Origin: Candidatus Omnitrophota bacterium
GTDB lineage: Bacteria > Omnitrophota > Gorgyraeia > Zapsychrales > JANLHA01
Direction: 5' to 3'
Assembly (NCBI GenBank): GCA_029560465.1
Contig: JAKQKX010000062.1
Location: forward strand, 3,836 to 67,835
DNA: 64,000 nt
In this document: in pieces, positions 27,626 through 38,700 of the stretch
How the letters are laid out: each line of letters opens with the position of its first letter
Position numbering within the stretch: the stretch's first letter is position 1
The notes under the pieces: model-generated
What the model saw: only the letters and a program-made list of their open reading frames with translations
Told to the model about the DNA's origin: nothing
Database searches by the model: none
Made by a program: the position numbers and the translations under genes

Positions 27626-27769
27626 CATAATTTCATATATGCTTGACACCTTGTGACACTTATGACAGAGTACTCATAGAATTGGCCGGAGGAGCAAAAA
27701 AGATAAAAATGGCTGAAATTGTTAATTCCGGGTGCGACGCTGGCGGCGCAGGGGAAGTGCAGGGGCGGG

Positions 27770-28255
27770 ATGCTTAAGAAGATAACACAGGTTCTGCAGG
27801 TTGTGGCTATCATGGTGCTCGCGTACTGTGCCGCGCGCTGGTATGCGTTTACAGAACCGGAGCCCCTTCCGGTTTTGGACGGCGGTCGTTTTGAGCAGAA
27901 AACAGGTGTCCGGGACGACGTTGCCCTGAACTCCCGGGCGTCCTTCGCAGAGTACCGCCAGGTTTTTTCTCAAAGAGAGATTTTTGTGATGCCTTACGCG
28001 AAAGAGGCTCCGGCCCCGAAGGCCCAAGCCGTTGAATCCCCGGTCGCGCAAAAAGCCCATTTGGTCGATTTCCGGCTGCGGGGGGTTGTGCTGGATCAGC
28101 AGCCGCAGGCTATTGTAGAAGACTTGAGCAACAAACAGACATTGTTCCTGTCCCCGGGAGATTTGCTCGGGCAGGGCACTTTAAAGGAAGTCCGGGAAGA
28201 CCGTATTATTGTGGTGGTTCATGATGCGTCGTTGGAACTGCTTATGGAAGATTGA
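27770..28255 (+). CDS. GspC/PilP-like periplasmic T2SS component (putative)
   Basis: N-terminal TM VVAIMVLAYCAARWY, C-terminal beta-rich region; located immediately upstream of the secretin. Confidence 0.4.
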   Translation: MLKKITQVLQVVAIMVLAYCAARWYAFTEPEPLPVLDGGRFEQKTGVRDDVALNSRASFAEYRQVFSQREIFVMPYAKEAPAPKAQAVESPVAQKAHLVDFRLRGVVLDQQPQAIVEDLSNKQTLFLSPGDLLGQGTLKEVREDRIIVVVHDASLELLMED

Positions 28256-28303
28256 GGGGGCTGGCCGGCGCGCCGACAAGAACTGAGGGGAGCCTGAAGG
28301 GTT

Positions 28304-30079
28304 ATGATAAATCTTGATGGATATAAGCATATCGCGTTGATGGGCGGGGTTTTTTTCTGCTTGCTCATTCCCGCCGGGATAGCGGCCGAACGCCAGGACA
28401 TTGTTCATCAAGCGTTGAATGATTATGAATCTCTCCCTGTTGCCCCCGGACCTGTGACGGCGGGCTTAAATTCGGGTCCCCATGCCTCGGGGCAACCGGA
28501 CCGTTCTGGGCCCATGAAGAACGACGTGCTCCGCCGGCAGCTGGTCAAGATAGTCCATGGCCTGAACCCCCAGGATTTTTCAGAAGACGAAACGTACGCC
28601 GAGGTGATCGAAATCCGGCGTCCTGGGAACGAGGCCGTCCCGGAGCCTCCGGAGGAGGATGTTCCGGACGGGGGCAGGATTGATGTCCTCCAGATGAAAA
28701 ATGTCGACATTATGGATATTTTGAAGCTGATCTCCCAGAAGAGCGGGGTGAACATCATCACCGGCAAGGGCGTCAGCGGGAATGTTTCGATTTATCTGAA
28801 AGATGTGCGCTGGAAGGATGCCTTGCGGATTATCCTCGATTCGAACGGGCTTGCCTATAAAGACGAGGCAGGGATTTTGCATGTGATGCCGGCCGCTGAA
28901 TTCGAAAAACGTTACGGATACCGCTTCGGCGGGGATTTGAAAACCAGAATTATTCATCTGGATTATGCGGATGTCCAGGATATGGTGACGTTGTTAACGC
29001 AGATGAAGAGTTATCTGGGCAAGATCATCGCTGACGCGAAGTCTAATACCCTTGTTTTGACGGACTCGGGGGATGTTATTGCCGAGATGGAGCGGTTGAT
29101 TAAGCAGATTGATGTGCCGGTTATGACAAAAGTCTATGAGCTGAATTATGCCCAGGCGGAGGACCTGTCTCAGAAAGTCGCGGAGGTCTTGACGAAGAAT
29201 GTCGGCCGCGTGAAGCACGACGTGCGGTCCAACAAACTTATTGTCCGGGACACCCCCGTGTCTTTGGCGGAGATAGACAAACTTGTCCATTCATTTGACG
29301 TGCGGGAACAGCAGGTCCTGATAGAAGCCAAAATTTTGCAGGTCGTTTTGAGCGACCAGCATAAATTCGGGGTGGACTGGGAAGCGGTGGTCACGAAATA
29401 TCACAATCTTAATTTTAAGAATGATTTCAGTATTTTAAGCAGCAATGAAAAAAGCGGCACGGTGACGATTGGGACGCTGGCGAGCGATGATTACACGGCG
29501 CTGTTGGAGGCGCTGAAAACTGCCGGGGAGACTAATATCCTTTCTTCGCCCCGGATCACGGCCTTGAACAAGCAGGAGGCCAGGATTTTGGTTGGCTCCC
29601 AGGAACCTTACGTGACAACGACAACAACGACCCCGGCCAGCGGGCCGACGACAACGGCGGAAAGCATCAGTTTTATTGACGTGGGGATTAAGCTGTATGT
29701 GACCCCAACGATCCACCGGGATGATTTTATCACGATGAAGATCCGGCCGGAAGTCAGTTCCGTGACCCGGACGCTTACGACCAGTAATAATAACACCATT
29801 CCGGTCGTTGAAACTTCGGAAGCGGAAACCACGGTGATGATTAAAGATGGGGTGACGGTCATTATCGGGGGGCTTATCAAAGAGGAGACCATCAATTCCG
29901 AGAATAAAGTTCCGCTTCTGGGAGACATCCCCTTCCTGGGGCTTGCTTTTCGCAACGAAGACCATTTGACTCGAAAAACAGAAATCGTAATTTTCTTGAC
30001 CCCCCGGATTATGAGTGGGGATGTGTCCACGGCTCTGTCCCCGGAAGATTTTTCTTCCAGAGCGCCGGCGTCTTTTTAA
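28304..30079 (+). CDS. gspD: Type II secretion secretin GspD-like
   Basis: Secretin N domains + secretin domain with VPLLGDIPFLGLAFRNEDHLTRKTEIVIFLTPRI; contains poly-Thr tract VTTTTTTPASGPTTTAES. Confidence 0.85.
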   Translation: MINLDGYKHIALMGGVFFCLLIPAGIAAERQDIVHQALNDYESLPVAPGPVTAGLNSGPHASGQPDRSGPMKNDVLRRQLVKIVHGLNPQDFSEDETYAEVIEIRRPGNEAVPEPPEEDVPDGGRIDVLQMKNVDIMDILKLISQKSGVNIITGKGVSGNVSIYLKDVRWKDALRIILDSNGLAYKDEAGILHVMPAAEFEKRYGYRFGGDLKTRIIHLDYADVQDMVTLLTQMKSYLGKIIADAKSNTLVLTDSGDVIAEMERLIKQIDVPVMTKVYELNYAQAEDLSQKVAEVLTKNVGRVKHDVRSNKLIVRDTPVSLAEIDKLVHSFDVREQQVLIEAKILQVVLSDQHKFGVDWEAVVTKYHNLNFKNDFSILSSNEKSGTVTIGTLASDDYTALLEALKTAGETNILSSPRITALNKQEARILVGSQEPYVTTTTTTPASGPTTTAESISFIDVGIKLYVTPTIHRDDFITMKIRPEVSSVTRTLTTSNNNTIPVVETSEAETTVMIKDGVTVIIGGLIKEETINSENKVPLLGDIPFLGLAFRNEDHLTRKTEIVIFLTPRIMSGDVSTALSPEDFSSRAPASF

Positions 30080-30146
30080 TCCCTCATTTTTAAGAGGTGT
30101 GTCGGGCCCGGGAAAGCGGGTTTTCTCCCCTTTTCGCTGATTTTTC

Positions 30147-31244
30147 TTGTTTGTCTTTATGTGCAAACGTATAATGGATGCAATCATGACCAGACGCATG
30201 GATCAGATCACCGCCTTAATACCTTTGAAACGCCCGTTAACTCTGCTGTGTCTTGCGGCTGCGCTTTTTTCCCTGTCCGGGTGCGTGACCGTTAGGACGC
30301 GGCCGGAACAGGCCGCATCCCTTCAGACCGTCTGTGAACAGAACGGAGTGAACTGGTATTGGGACAGCGTGTCCCAAGCGGTCACGATGAGCCGAGGGGC
30401 GTTGTCAGCCAGGGGGATGGTCGGCAGCGAAATCGTCGTTATTGACCAGCAGAAGATTTTCTTGAGTGAGCCCCTCAAGCGGCAGCGAGGGAGAATCCAA
30501 GTCCCTGCGGATTTTTACCGTAAAGTTATTTTGAACCTGTTAGGATCGGAAGGGACCGTATCCCTGCGGCCTTGCCGCATTATTCTTGACCCCGGGCACG
30601 GGGGCAAAGATCCCGGGGCTATTGGATCGGCGGGGACTTATGAAAAGGATATCGTTTTGGATATCGCCAAGCGGTTAAAGACGATTTTGGAGGGTTACCA
30701 GTACGACGTGAAGATGACGCGGGCTGATGACACGTTCATCCCGCTGGAGCAGCGCACCGAGATCGCCAGCCAGTTTGTCGCTGATCTTTTTATCAGCATT
30801 CACGCCAACGCGAGCACGACCAACAGGGCGTCCGGATTGGAAGTGTACGCGCTTAAGCAGCTGGATCGGCAGGAGCAGAAAGACCCGCAGCGGATTAAAA
30901 ACCTGGACATCCTTTTCCGTAAACTAGCCATGCAGAGGCAGGATAAGTCCGTGGAGAATATTGTCACAGACATGCTGTACAGTTATAAATCTTCGGAATC
31001 CTTTGCGTTGGCGCAGGCGATATCGGAAGAGGTGGAGCAGGACACGCGCGCCCGCAATCGGGGCGTGTACAAGGCCGGTTTTTTTGTGTTAAGGAACACA
31101 TTGATGCCCGCTGTTCTGGTTGAAGTGGGATTCCTTTCCAACGCCCGGGAAGAACGCCAGCTGAATTCTAACCAGTATCGGCAAAAGATCGCGGAAGGCA
31201 TTGCCCGAAGTTTAAGGGAATACATCACCCGCTTGAGTTATTAA
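30147..31244 (+). CDS. N-acetylmuramoyl-L-alanine amidase (Amidase_3, AmiC-like) lipoprotein
   Basis: ILDPGHGGKDPGA...ISIHANAS...GLEVY zinc-amidase motifs; lipobox LSGC. Confidence 0.8.
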   Translation: MFVFMCKRIMDAIMTRRMDQITALIPLKRPLTLLCLAAALFSLSGCVTVRTRPEQAASLQTVCEQNGVNWYWDSVSQAVTMSRGALSARGMVGSEIVVIDQQKIFLSEPLKRQRGRIQVPADFYRKVILNLLGSEGTVSLRPCRIILDPGHGGKDPGAIGSAGTYEKDIVLDIAKRLKTILEGYQYDVKMTRADDTFIPLEQRTEIASQFVADLFISIHANASTTNRASGLEVYALKQLDRQEQKDPQRIKNLDILFRKLAMQRQDKSVENIVTDMLYSYKSSESFALAQAISEEVEQDTRARNRGVYKAGFFVLRNTLMPAVLVEVGFLSNAREERQLNSNQYRQKIAEGIARSLREYITRLSY

Positions 31245-31285
31245 AAAGTATAGCCCCCTGGGCCCCTGAAACAAAGCGAGAAGCC

Positions 31286-32089
31286 ATGAAAAGAGACAAA
31301 CCCATAGGAGTGTTCGATTCCGGGCTGGGCGGCCTGACGGTCATGAAAGCCGTGATACGCCAGCTGCCTTTTGAGGATATTGTGTATTTAGGAGACACGG
31401 CCCGGGTGCCCTATGGGACCAAGTCTAAAGAAGCGATCATAAGGTTCTCGCTTGAGAATGCGTCTGTGTTGATGAAGCATCATGTTAAAATGATCGTGGT
31501 CGCCTGCAATTCTTCTTCGAGCTATGCTTTGGAGTCGCTCCGGGAAAAGTTTCCGGTTCCGGTGGTCGGCGTCATTGAATCGGGGGTGACCCGGGCCGTG
31601 GGCATGACCCGGAATAATCGGATCGGGGTTATCGCGACCCAGGCCACCATCAGCAGCGGCTCTTACGCGCGGCTCATTTCCCGGGTGAGCCCCGGCGTGA
31701 AAGTGGTTAGTCAGGCGTGCCCGCTTTTCGTCCCGCTGGTGGAAGAAGGGTGGGTTAAGAGGGCGGTGACCCGTCAGGTGGCGCAGGAATATTTGAAAAA
31801 GATAAAATGCGGCCGGGTGGACACGCTTATTCTGGGATGCACGCATTATCCTTTGCTGAAGGCTGTTATTACGGGCATCCTGGGGCGGGGGGTTTCCATC
31901 GTGGATTCTGCTTTGGAAGTCAGCAAGCTGGTTAAGGCGCTTTTGGATGAGCGGAGCGCGGGCCGGGATACCCGGCGGGCACCGCGATATCAATTCCTGG
32001 TCAGCGATCAGCCGGAGCATTTTCAGAAGCTGGCAAGAAGGTTTTTGGGGTACGATATTCAAGAGGTGAGAAGAATTGAATTATCATAA
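31286..32089 (+). CDS. murI: Glutamate racemase
   Basis: IGVFDSGLGGLTV, DTARVPYG, VVACNSSS, GCTHYP motifs. Confidence 0.85.
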   Translation: MKRDKPIGVFDSGLGGLTVMKAVIRQLPFEDIVYLGDTARVPYGTKSKEAIIRFSLENASVLMKHHVKMIVVACNSSSSYALESLREKFPVPVVGVIESGVTRAVGMTRNNRIGVIATQATISSGSYARLISRVSPGVKVVSQACPLFVPLVEEGWVKRAVTRQVAQEYLKKIKCGRVDTLILGCTHYPLLKAVITGILGRGVSIVDSALEVSKLVKALLDERSAGRDTRRAPRYQFLVSDQPEHFQKLARRFLGYDIQEVRRIELS

Positions 32090-32095
32090 TGAGGT

Positions 32096-32464
32096 GTGGG
32101 CATGTACGAATTAACCATTGGCGGTGATTTTGCTGCGGCGCATTTCTTAGCGGGGTATGACGGCTCCTGCAAAGAGCTGCACGGTCATACTTGGAAATTA
32201 GAAGTGACGATTCAGGCTGAAGACCTGAACAGCATCGGGTTGGTTATGGATTTTCAGGATTTGAAAAAGAGACTCAATGCTTTTTTAAAGCAGCTGGATC
32301 ACGGCTGCCTCAATCATCTGCCGGCTTTTCAGGAACAAAATCCAACGACGGAAAATTTGGCCCGGTTTGTTTATCAGGGTTTTGCCCGGGAATGCGCGCC
32401 TTTTCGGATCAAGCATGTCCGGATATGGGAGTCGGAGAAAGCCAGTGTCACGTATTATGAATAG
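32096..32464 (+). CDS. queD: 6-carboxy-5,6,7,8-tetrahydropterin synthase QueD
   Basis: 122 aa, CxxxHGH-type motif (CKELHGHTWKLEV), PTPS fold signatures. Confidence 0.8.
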   Translation: MGMYELTIGGDFAAAHFLAGYDGSCKELHGHTWKLEVTIQAEDLNSIGLVMDFQDLKKRLNAFLKQLDHGCLNHLPAFQEQNPTTENLARFVYQGFARECAPFRIKHVRIWESEKASVTYYE

Positions 32465-33191
32465 GAAACCCTGTCTTTCCCCGCTGGTGGCAAAATCGCG
32501 GCAACGCCCGGCCTCGGAAAAACGGGCCGTCGTCTTGCTGTCGGGAGGGCTGGATTCCGCGACCACACTTTTTTATGCTTTAAAACAAGGATACCGTCCG
32601 CGGTGCCTCATTTTTGATTATGGGCAGATTCACCGCAAAGAAATCCGGCAGGCAGCGAAAATCGCCCGGTACGCGAGGTGCCCTTGTGAAACGGTCCGCA
32701 TCTCCTTGCCCTGGGGCGGTTCCGCCCTTTTGGACAAAAGCATCCCGGTCCCGCATCATCGTTCCGGGGGATCAGCCCGCATTCCCGTCACGTATGTCCC
32801 GGCCCGGAATATTATTTTTTTAAGTTTTGCCGTTTCTTTCGCGGAAGCGATTGGTGCCCAGACTGTTTTTATCGGGGCCAACGCGGTCGACTATTCCGGG
32901 TATCCCGACTGCCGGCCGGAATTTTATGAGGCTTTCGGCCGGGTTTTGGAATGCGGGTTAAAATCAGGCGTTGAAAATAAACCGGTCAAGGTTGAAACCC
33001 CGCTGTTGAATATGAGTAAAGCCCAAATTATTCAAATGGGCCTGCAATGGCACGTTCCTTATCATTTGACGTGGTCCTGTTACAAGGGGGGGGCAACCCC
33101 CTGCGGGACGTGTGACAGCTGCTTTTTGCGCGCGAAAGGGTTTCAGGCTTCGGGTATCCCCGATCCCCTCTTGAAATCTAAAAGACCATGA
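32457..33191 (+). CDS. queC: 7-cyano-7-deazaguanine synthase QueC
   Basis: AVVLLSGGLDSAT PP-loop, C-terminal zinc Cys cluster CGTCDSCFLR; start overlaps queD stop (ATGAATAG). Confidence 0.85.
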   Translation: MNRKPCLSPLVAKSRQRPASEKRAVVLLSGGLDSATTLFYALKQGYRPRCLIFDYGQIHRKEIRQAAKIARYARCPCETVRISLPWGGSALLDKSIPVPHHRSGGSARIPVTYVPARNIIFLSFAVSFAEAIGAQTVFIGANAVDYSGYPDCRPEFYEAFGRVLECGLKSGVENKPVKVETPLLNMSKAQIIQMGLQWHVPYHLTWSCYKGGATPCGTCDSCFLRAKGFQASGIPDPLLKSKRP

Positions 33192-33895
33192 TGAAGAACA
33201 GGACCGCCCCGGTCACCGAGATATTTTCTTCTCTGCAAGGGGAAGGCCCTTACGCGGGGGTCAAACAAGTTTTTGTGAGGTTTTATGACTGCAATATGCG
33301 TTGCCGGTGGTGCGACACGCCGCAGTCTCTCCCGGAACACGCGGCGCGGCCCCCGGAACAGGACACACAACAGGTTTTTCAGCAAGTAGTGTCTTTATGG
33401 GGGCATTGTCATTCAGTGAGCCTGACCGGAGGGGAGCCCCTTTTACAGGCGCCGTTTCTTCAAAATCTGTTGCCCCGATTCAGAAAATCCGGCATGCCGG
33501 TTTATCTTGACACGAACGGGATTTTATTTGCCGAGCTTGAAGCCGTTATCCCGGATGTGGATATTATTGCTATGGATATTAAACTGCCCAGTTCAACCGG
33601 CGAGCGGGAGTATTGGAGGGAGCACGAACAGTTTCTACACATCGCCCAAAACAGGCCGGTTCAGGTTTTTATCAAGACCGTTGTTTCACGGACAACGGAC
33701 AAAGCCGATATGATTAAAGCTGCGGAACTGATCGCGCGCCAGGATGCGGGCCTTTTGATGGTCATTCAGCCGTGTTCTCAAGACCGGGAGGCGGGTGCCT
33801 TGGAGCGATGCCTGGAGTATCAGGATTGTTGTCTGGAAATTATTTCTAACGTCAGGGTCCTGCCGCAATGGCACACGTTGATGAATTTGCGGTAA
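33188..33895 (+). CDS. queE: 7-carboxy-7-deazaguanine synthase QueE (radical SAM)
   Basis: CNMRCRWC Cx3Cx2C cluster in a ~230-aa protein directly after queC. Confidence 0.8.
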   Translation: MMKNRTAPVTEIFSSLQGEGPYAGVKQVFVRFYDCNMRCRWCDTPQSLPEHAARPPEQDTQQVFQQVVSLWGHCHSVSLTGGEPLLQAPFLQNLLPRFRKSGMPVYLDTNGILFAELEAVIPDVDIIAMDIKLPSSTGEREYWREHEQFLHIAQNRPVQVFIKTVVSRTTDKADMIKAAELIARQDAGLLMVIQPCSQDREAGALERCLEYQDCCLEIISNVRVLPQWHTLMNLR

Positions 33896-33922
33896 AGATC
33901 ATCGGGAAGGAGGGGCGGAAGG

Positions 33923-34342
33923 ATGAAGAGAAAAAGCGCATACGAAGGGCTGCAGGCCGGTGTTCGGACCATACCGTTACCTGACATTGACGTGTGGGAG
34001 AACCAGTACGCGGACCGGACGTATCTGGTTGACCTTGAAATACCCGAATTCACGTGTATCTGCCCTAAGACCGGGTTGCCGGATTTTGCCTCGGTGCGGG
34101 TGTCTTATGAGCCGCGGCAGTGGTGTCTGGAACTCAAATCGTTTAAAATGTATATCGTCGCTTATCGGAATTTGGGCATTTTTCATGAACATTTGGTGAA
34201 CAGGATTTTGGATGATATTGTGAAAGCGTGCCATCCCCGGCGGGCCAAAGTGGCGGCGGTGATGAACCCGCGCGGAGGGATTACCACCACGGTGACGGCT
34301 GAATATCAAGGCCGGGCGACGAGAGGCGCGGGTAAGAAATAA
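33923..34342 (+). CDS. queF: NADPH-dependent 7-cyano-7-deazaguanine reductase QueF (short YkvM type)
   Basis: [17 protein letters not shown] catalytic Cys motif, ~140 aa. Confidence 0.8.
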   Translation: MKRKSAYEGLQAGVRTIPLPDIDVWENQYADRTYLVDLEIPEFTCICPKTGLPDFASVRVSYEPRQWCLELKSFKMYIVAYRNLGIFHEHLVNRILDDIVKACHPRRAKVAAVMNPRGGITTTVTAEYQGRATRGAGKK

Positions 34343-34373
34343 TTTAAGCGGCGTTTTGATGAAAGGGGGTTGC

Positions 34374-35087
34374 ATGAGATCTGACGGGCGTTCCCGGACA
34401 CAGTTGCGGAAGATTAGAGTCGTAAAAAATTACACCAAATACGCGGAAGGGTGCTGCCTTATTGAATCCGGCCAGACGCGGGTTCTTTGCGCAGCCACGG
34501 TCGAGGAGGGAGTGCCGCCGTTTCTGAAAAATACCGGGAACGGATGGGTGACAGCGGAGTATGGGATGCTGCCGCGGTCCTGTTCAAGCCGGATTAAGCG
34601 CAACGACACCGGTGGCCGCGTGCATGAGATTCAGCGGCTGATCGGCCGGTCGCTGCGGTCGGTGGTTGACCGGGGCCAGTTGGGCGAACGCACGGTTAAA
34701 GTGGATTGTGATGTCATCCAGGCTGACGGCGGGACCCGGACGGCCGCGATCACCGGCGGGTTCATCGCGCTTGCGTTAGCTTTGAAGCGTTTGAAAAAAC
34801 AAAAGGTCCTCAAAAACATCCCGCTGAAAGATTACGTCGCTGCGGTCAGCGTCGGGATCGTGGAGGGGGAGCTGCTTTTAGACCTGAATTATGAAGAGGA
34901 TTCCAGGGCGGATGTGGATATGAATGTCGTTATGCTGGGCCGGGGTGATTTTGTGGAGGTGCAAGGAACAGCGGAGCGGGAACCTTTTTCAAAAGCGCAA
35001 GCCGGCCAGATGTTAACCCTGGCTCAGGAGGGGATTCAAGACCTGATACGGATTCAAAAACGTCACTTGGGGGCGCTTTTGCCTTAG
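34374..35087 (+). CDS. rph: Ribonuclease PH
   Basis: RSDGR...[16 protein letters not shown]...TRVLCAA N-terminal RNase PH signature, ~237 aa. Confidence 0.85.
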   Translation: MRSDGRSRTQLRKIRVVKNYTKYAEGCCLIESGQTRVLCAATVEEGVPPFLKNTGNGWVTAEYGMLPRSCSSRIKRNDTGGRVHEIQRLIGRSLRSVVDRGQLGERTVKVDCDVIQADGGTRTAAITGGFIALALALKRLKKQKVLKNIPLKDYVAAVSVGIVEGELLLDLNYEEDSRADVDMNVVMLGRGDFVEVQGTAEREPFSKAQAGQMLTLAQEGIQDLIRIQKRHLGALLP

Positions 35088-35147
35088 GGGCGATCGCGCG
35101 CGCCGCTTCGGTCCTTTGGCAGATGAGCGGCAGACTGGCACATATCC

Positions 35148-35744
35148 ATGAGAGAATTACTTATTGCGACGACGAACAAAGGAAAGATGAGGGAAATTAA
35201 AGCCCTTTTGGCCGGGATGCCTTTTAAGATCACGTCGTTGGCGGATTATCCGGACATCCCGGCGGTTGTGGAAGACGGCGCCACTTTTAAGAGCAATGCG
35301 TTAAAAAAGGCGCTGACGGTCGCCCGGGTGACCGGGACGTTGACCATGGGGGAGGACTCCGGCTTGGAGATCCGCGCTTTGGATAACCGTCCGGGGGTTT
35401 ATTCCGCCCGGTTTTCCGGGCTGCTGGCAGATGACAGGAAAAACAATTTAAAAGTCCTGCGGTTATTACGGGGCGTCCCCGCTGACCAACGGCAGGCGCG
35501 TTACCGTTGCTGCATCGCCCTCGCCGACGGCCAAGGGGTTGTGGCGGTGGTGAGCGGGTCTTGCGCCGGTTCTATTGCGGCCCGCGCCCGGGGCACGAAC
35601 GGATTTGGATATGACCCCCTTTTTCTTGTTCCCCGTTATCAGAAAACTTTCGGTGAACTGGATCCGGCCGTTAAATCCCGGTTGAGCCACCGGGCCAAAG
35701 CTTTAAAAAAGTTGAAAATTCTGCTTGAACGCTATATTAATTAG
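35148..35744 (+). CDS. rdgB: dITP/XTP pyrophosphatase (RdgB/Ham1 family)
   Basis: LLIATTNKGKMREIKALL, GFGYDPLF motifs. Confidence 0.85.
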   Translation: MRELLIATTNKGKMREIKALLAGMPFKITSLADYPDIPAVVEDGATFKSNALKKALTVARVTGTLTMGEDSGLEIRALDNRPGVYSARFSGLLADDRKNNLKVLRLLRGVPADQRQARYRCCIALADGQGVVAVVSGSCAGSIAARARGTNGFGYDPLFLVPRYQKTFGELDPAVKSRLSHRAKALKKLKILLERYIN

Positions 35745-35768
35745 AAACCTTGTTGTGTGAGAGGGGAA

Positions 35769-38700
35769 TCACTGCAGGATTTCTTCAAAGATTCCCTGCA
35801 CGCCTTCCAGAATCCCTTCCGCTGTTTTCTTGAGGAGTCTGGTTGGAAAATTTTCAACAGTGCGGACCGGGTTATCCATTGTGCCTCTAATTTTAATGTT
35901 GATATACCCGTCCGTCTGGGAGATGAGGGCCGTTGGAATTTTTTTAAGCGAATCCGACCGCAGGATTTCTGTTTCGTAGAGTCTCGGTACGATATCCCAT
36001 GAAATATTTTTATTCCTGTCAATCCATCCTTTGCCCCGCAGTTCCATCTGTTTACTCTGCAGGAGCAGGTTCTCTGTCGATATCCGGTTGTTTTTAATGG
36101 TGACGTCCGCGCGCCCCTCCGTGAACACAACGTTTTCCAGCTCGGGGATGAACAAGAGTTTGCCCAGCCCTTTTAGAAAACTTAGCGTCCACAGATGGCC
36201 ATTGAGAATGGCCAGGGACCCCTGTCCGGTAATTCCTTCTGACTTGAGCAGGGGGCCTTCCGCCTGCAGACGGGAAGACAGTGTCCCGGCCAGGTTCAAT
36301 TTTCCCCACCGGGGATTTTGGCACACCTGTGCCAGGTCGACCTGATTCATGGTGATAGAAAATTTTCCGGGGAAGGTTGGCTCCGAGATGTCAAGCAGGG
36401 AGTTTATGGTCAGGTCCCCGCCGTAGAGTGTGCCGGAAAAATTGATTTTGCTTTGCGTGGAGCGGGTGCGTTGAACGATAAGATTGCCACGGTTGAACGC
36501 TATGCCGGCCACCGAGCAATTTGTCCCGGAAACGTTGAGATCCGTTACGCCGGCCATCCAGTCTCTGATGTCGCCGTCAAAGAGGGCCTTCCCGGAAACA
36601 GTCCCCTGGAGCGCCAGCGGCGCGACTTTTTCCCGTAACGCCGGGTTGTTGATGCGTTCCAAATCTTCCAAATTGATGGAGAAAGCCGTCTTGAGGTTTA
36701 AATGGACCGGAGCAGACGACTTCAGGAAGGCCTGGCCGTTGATGTTGAATTTTGATTGATAATAAATTCCAGCAAAAGTGTCGATTCCGATGGTGTCTTT
36801 ATTGACGTTCAGTTTGACAGACGCCTGCAAATCGGGGGCTAAGACCGTGGTCGCGATGAGGGGGCGGTCGAACTGGCTGATCTCCCCGTTGAGGGTGAAC
36901 GGCGTCTTGAAATACGTTACAGATAGGTCGGTCCAGTGCAGCGTGCCGTCTTTATACCGGAGAAATCCGGAAATTCCGGTTGCGGGTTCTGGCCACCGGG
37001 GAGACTGGACTTGCACGCCATTAAGATGGGCGTTGATTTCGAGCTGGGCTTCTTCCGGGAAGGCGGTGGGGCCGGTAAAGCTGACCTCAACCGCGGCTTT
37101 CCCTTCCGGAGAGACATTGAAATCTTCTAATTGTTTCTTAAAAAAAGTTTTCAGCAGAGCCAAGTCGAAATCCTTCGCGCTGACGACCACGCCGATAAAC
37201 GGGCTATCGAAATTGCTGAGGGAGCCGCTTAGGAACAAAGGAGTCCCGTGAGCTTCGAAGGACAGGTTGGACGTCTTCATCCGGTTGCGCGTGAATTCAA
37301 CGACCCCGTTGATGTCGGTCAGGGGGCCGGCTTGAGGCAAGCCGGAAAGAGAAGCCTTATTCAGGCGCGCTTTCCCGACACAGACCCAGGGTTGCGGGTC
37401 GTCCGGGAAGTATTGGACCGTGAGTTCGACCTGTGGGTTGCCGGAAAGCAGAAAATTATCATCTTCATCAACAAAGCCCGCATTTAATTGTGTGCTTTCA
37501 ATTGTCGTGCTTAAACTGAAATTCCTGTCAACGATTTGGAGCACGGACAATTTGCACTGCAAAGCCTCTGCCGAAATTTCTTTTTGTTTCATTTGGGCCG
37601 AAACGGAGCGCCATGAAGGGGAAAACGTCACGTCCACGTTTTGTCCTTTCCGGCTGAAAACGATGGGGGAGGACAGGGCTTCGGTGTTGACCGCCAGGCC
37701 CGGCGCCAGAATTTTAACGTTTGAGGCCGACACCTCCCCGTTCAGGATATTGGTGTACAGTTCCTGATGATAATGGAAACCATTCAGCCGGGCGGTGCTG
37801 AAAGACAAGGAGGTCTGGGCGGAAGGATTCAGGTAGCCCGGAGTGAGCTGGAGGTCCCCTTGGATAACGAGGCTGTCTTCCGTCATGGAATAGACCAGCG
37901 GTTTGGCGTTCAGGGAGATATTCCCCTGCACGATTTTTTGATTGTCATGGGAAATTTCCGCTTTGTCAAGAACGATGCCGCCGCGATAATTTAATGTTTG
38001 GCCGGCATATTTAAAGTCCGCGTTTTGCAAGGCCAGCGTCCCTTTAATGACGTGGGTGTGGACGCCGATGTCCAAGTCCCCGGACAGAGATCCGGTAACC
38101 TGCCAGGCTTTTCCCAGGGCTCCGGACACATTAAGATCCGCTGCCGCTATGGCCACCCGGACCGGGCGGAATTTTTCTGTGTGGATGAACATTTTCAGCA
38201 CAGGGAGGGTGTCAACGTTGGATGTCGTAACATTCCCCTGCCAGGATTTTTGCGCGGGATTAAAACGGCCCCGCAGGGAGACCATCGCCGTTGGCCCGCC
38301 TAATTGGGCTTTGAGCTGGAATTCAATCCCTTTGCTCAAAGATAACCGGCAATCGGCACTGACGTTATCCGCCAGAATTTTAAGGTTCGGGTCTGTTTTC
38401 AAGTCATTGATTTCAGCCTGGCCGCCGCTGATCTGGATCCTGCCGAGCAGCACAGGAAAAGGGCTCTTGGCGGAACTGATTCTCGTTTGGAGCAGATCGG
38501 AAAGATTCCACAGCCCATTCGGATAGCGGATAATATGGACAAAAGGCTGCTTAACCGTCACGGTAGGGATTATAATTTGTTGGCGCTGAAGAAGCGGGGC
38601 AAAAAGGATTTTAAAGCGCGCTTCTTTAATGTGCATAAGCGGAAGGTTCGGGTCGTCTTTCCGGAAGATTACAAAATCTTTGACAATGAAGCCTTTGAAG

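Noticed and set aside
27719-27769. TTG-initiated N-terminal extension of the gspC-like ORF suggested by the ORF track
   Set aside because: The TTG is ~26 nt from the SD. The internal ATG at 27770, with translational coupling to the uORF, is more plausible.
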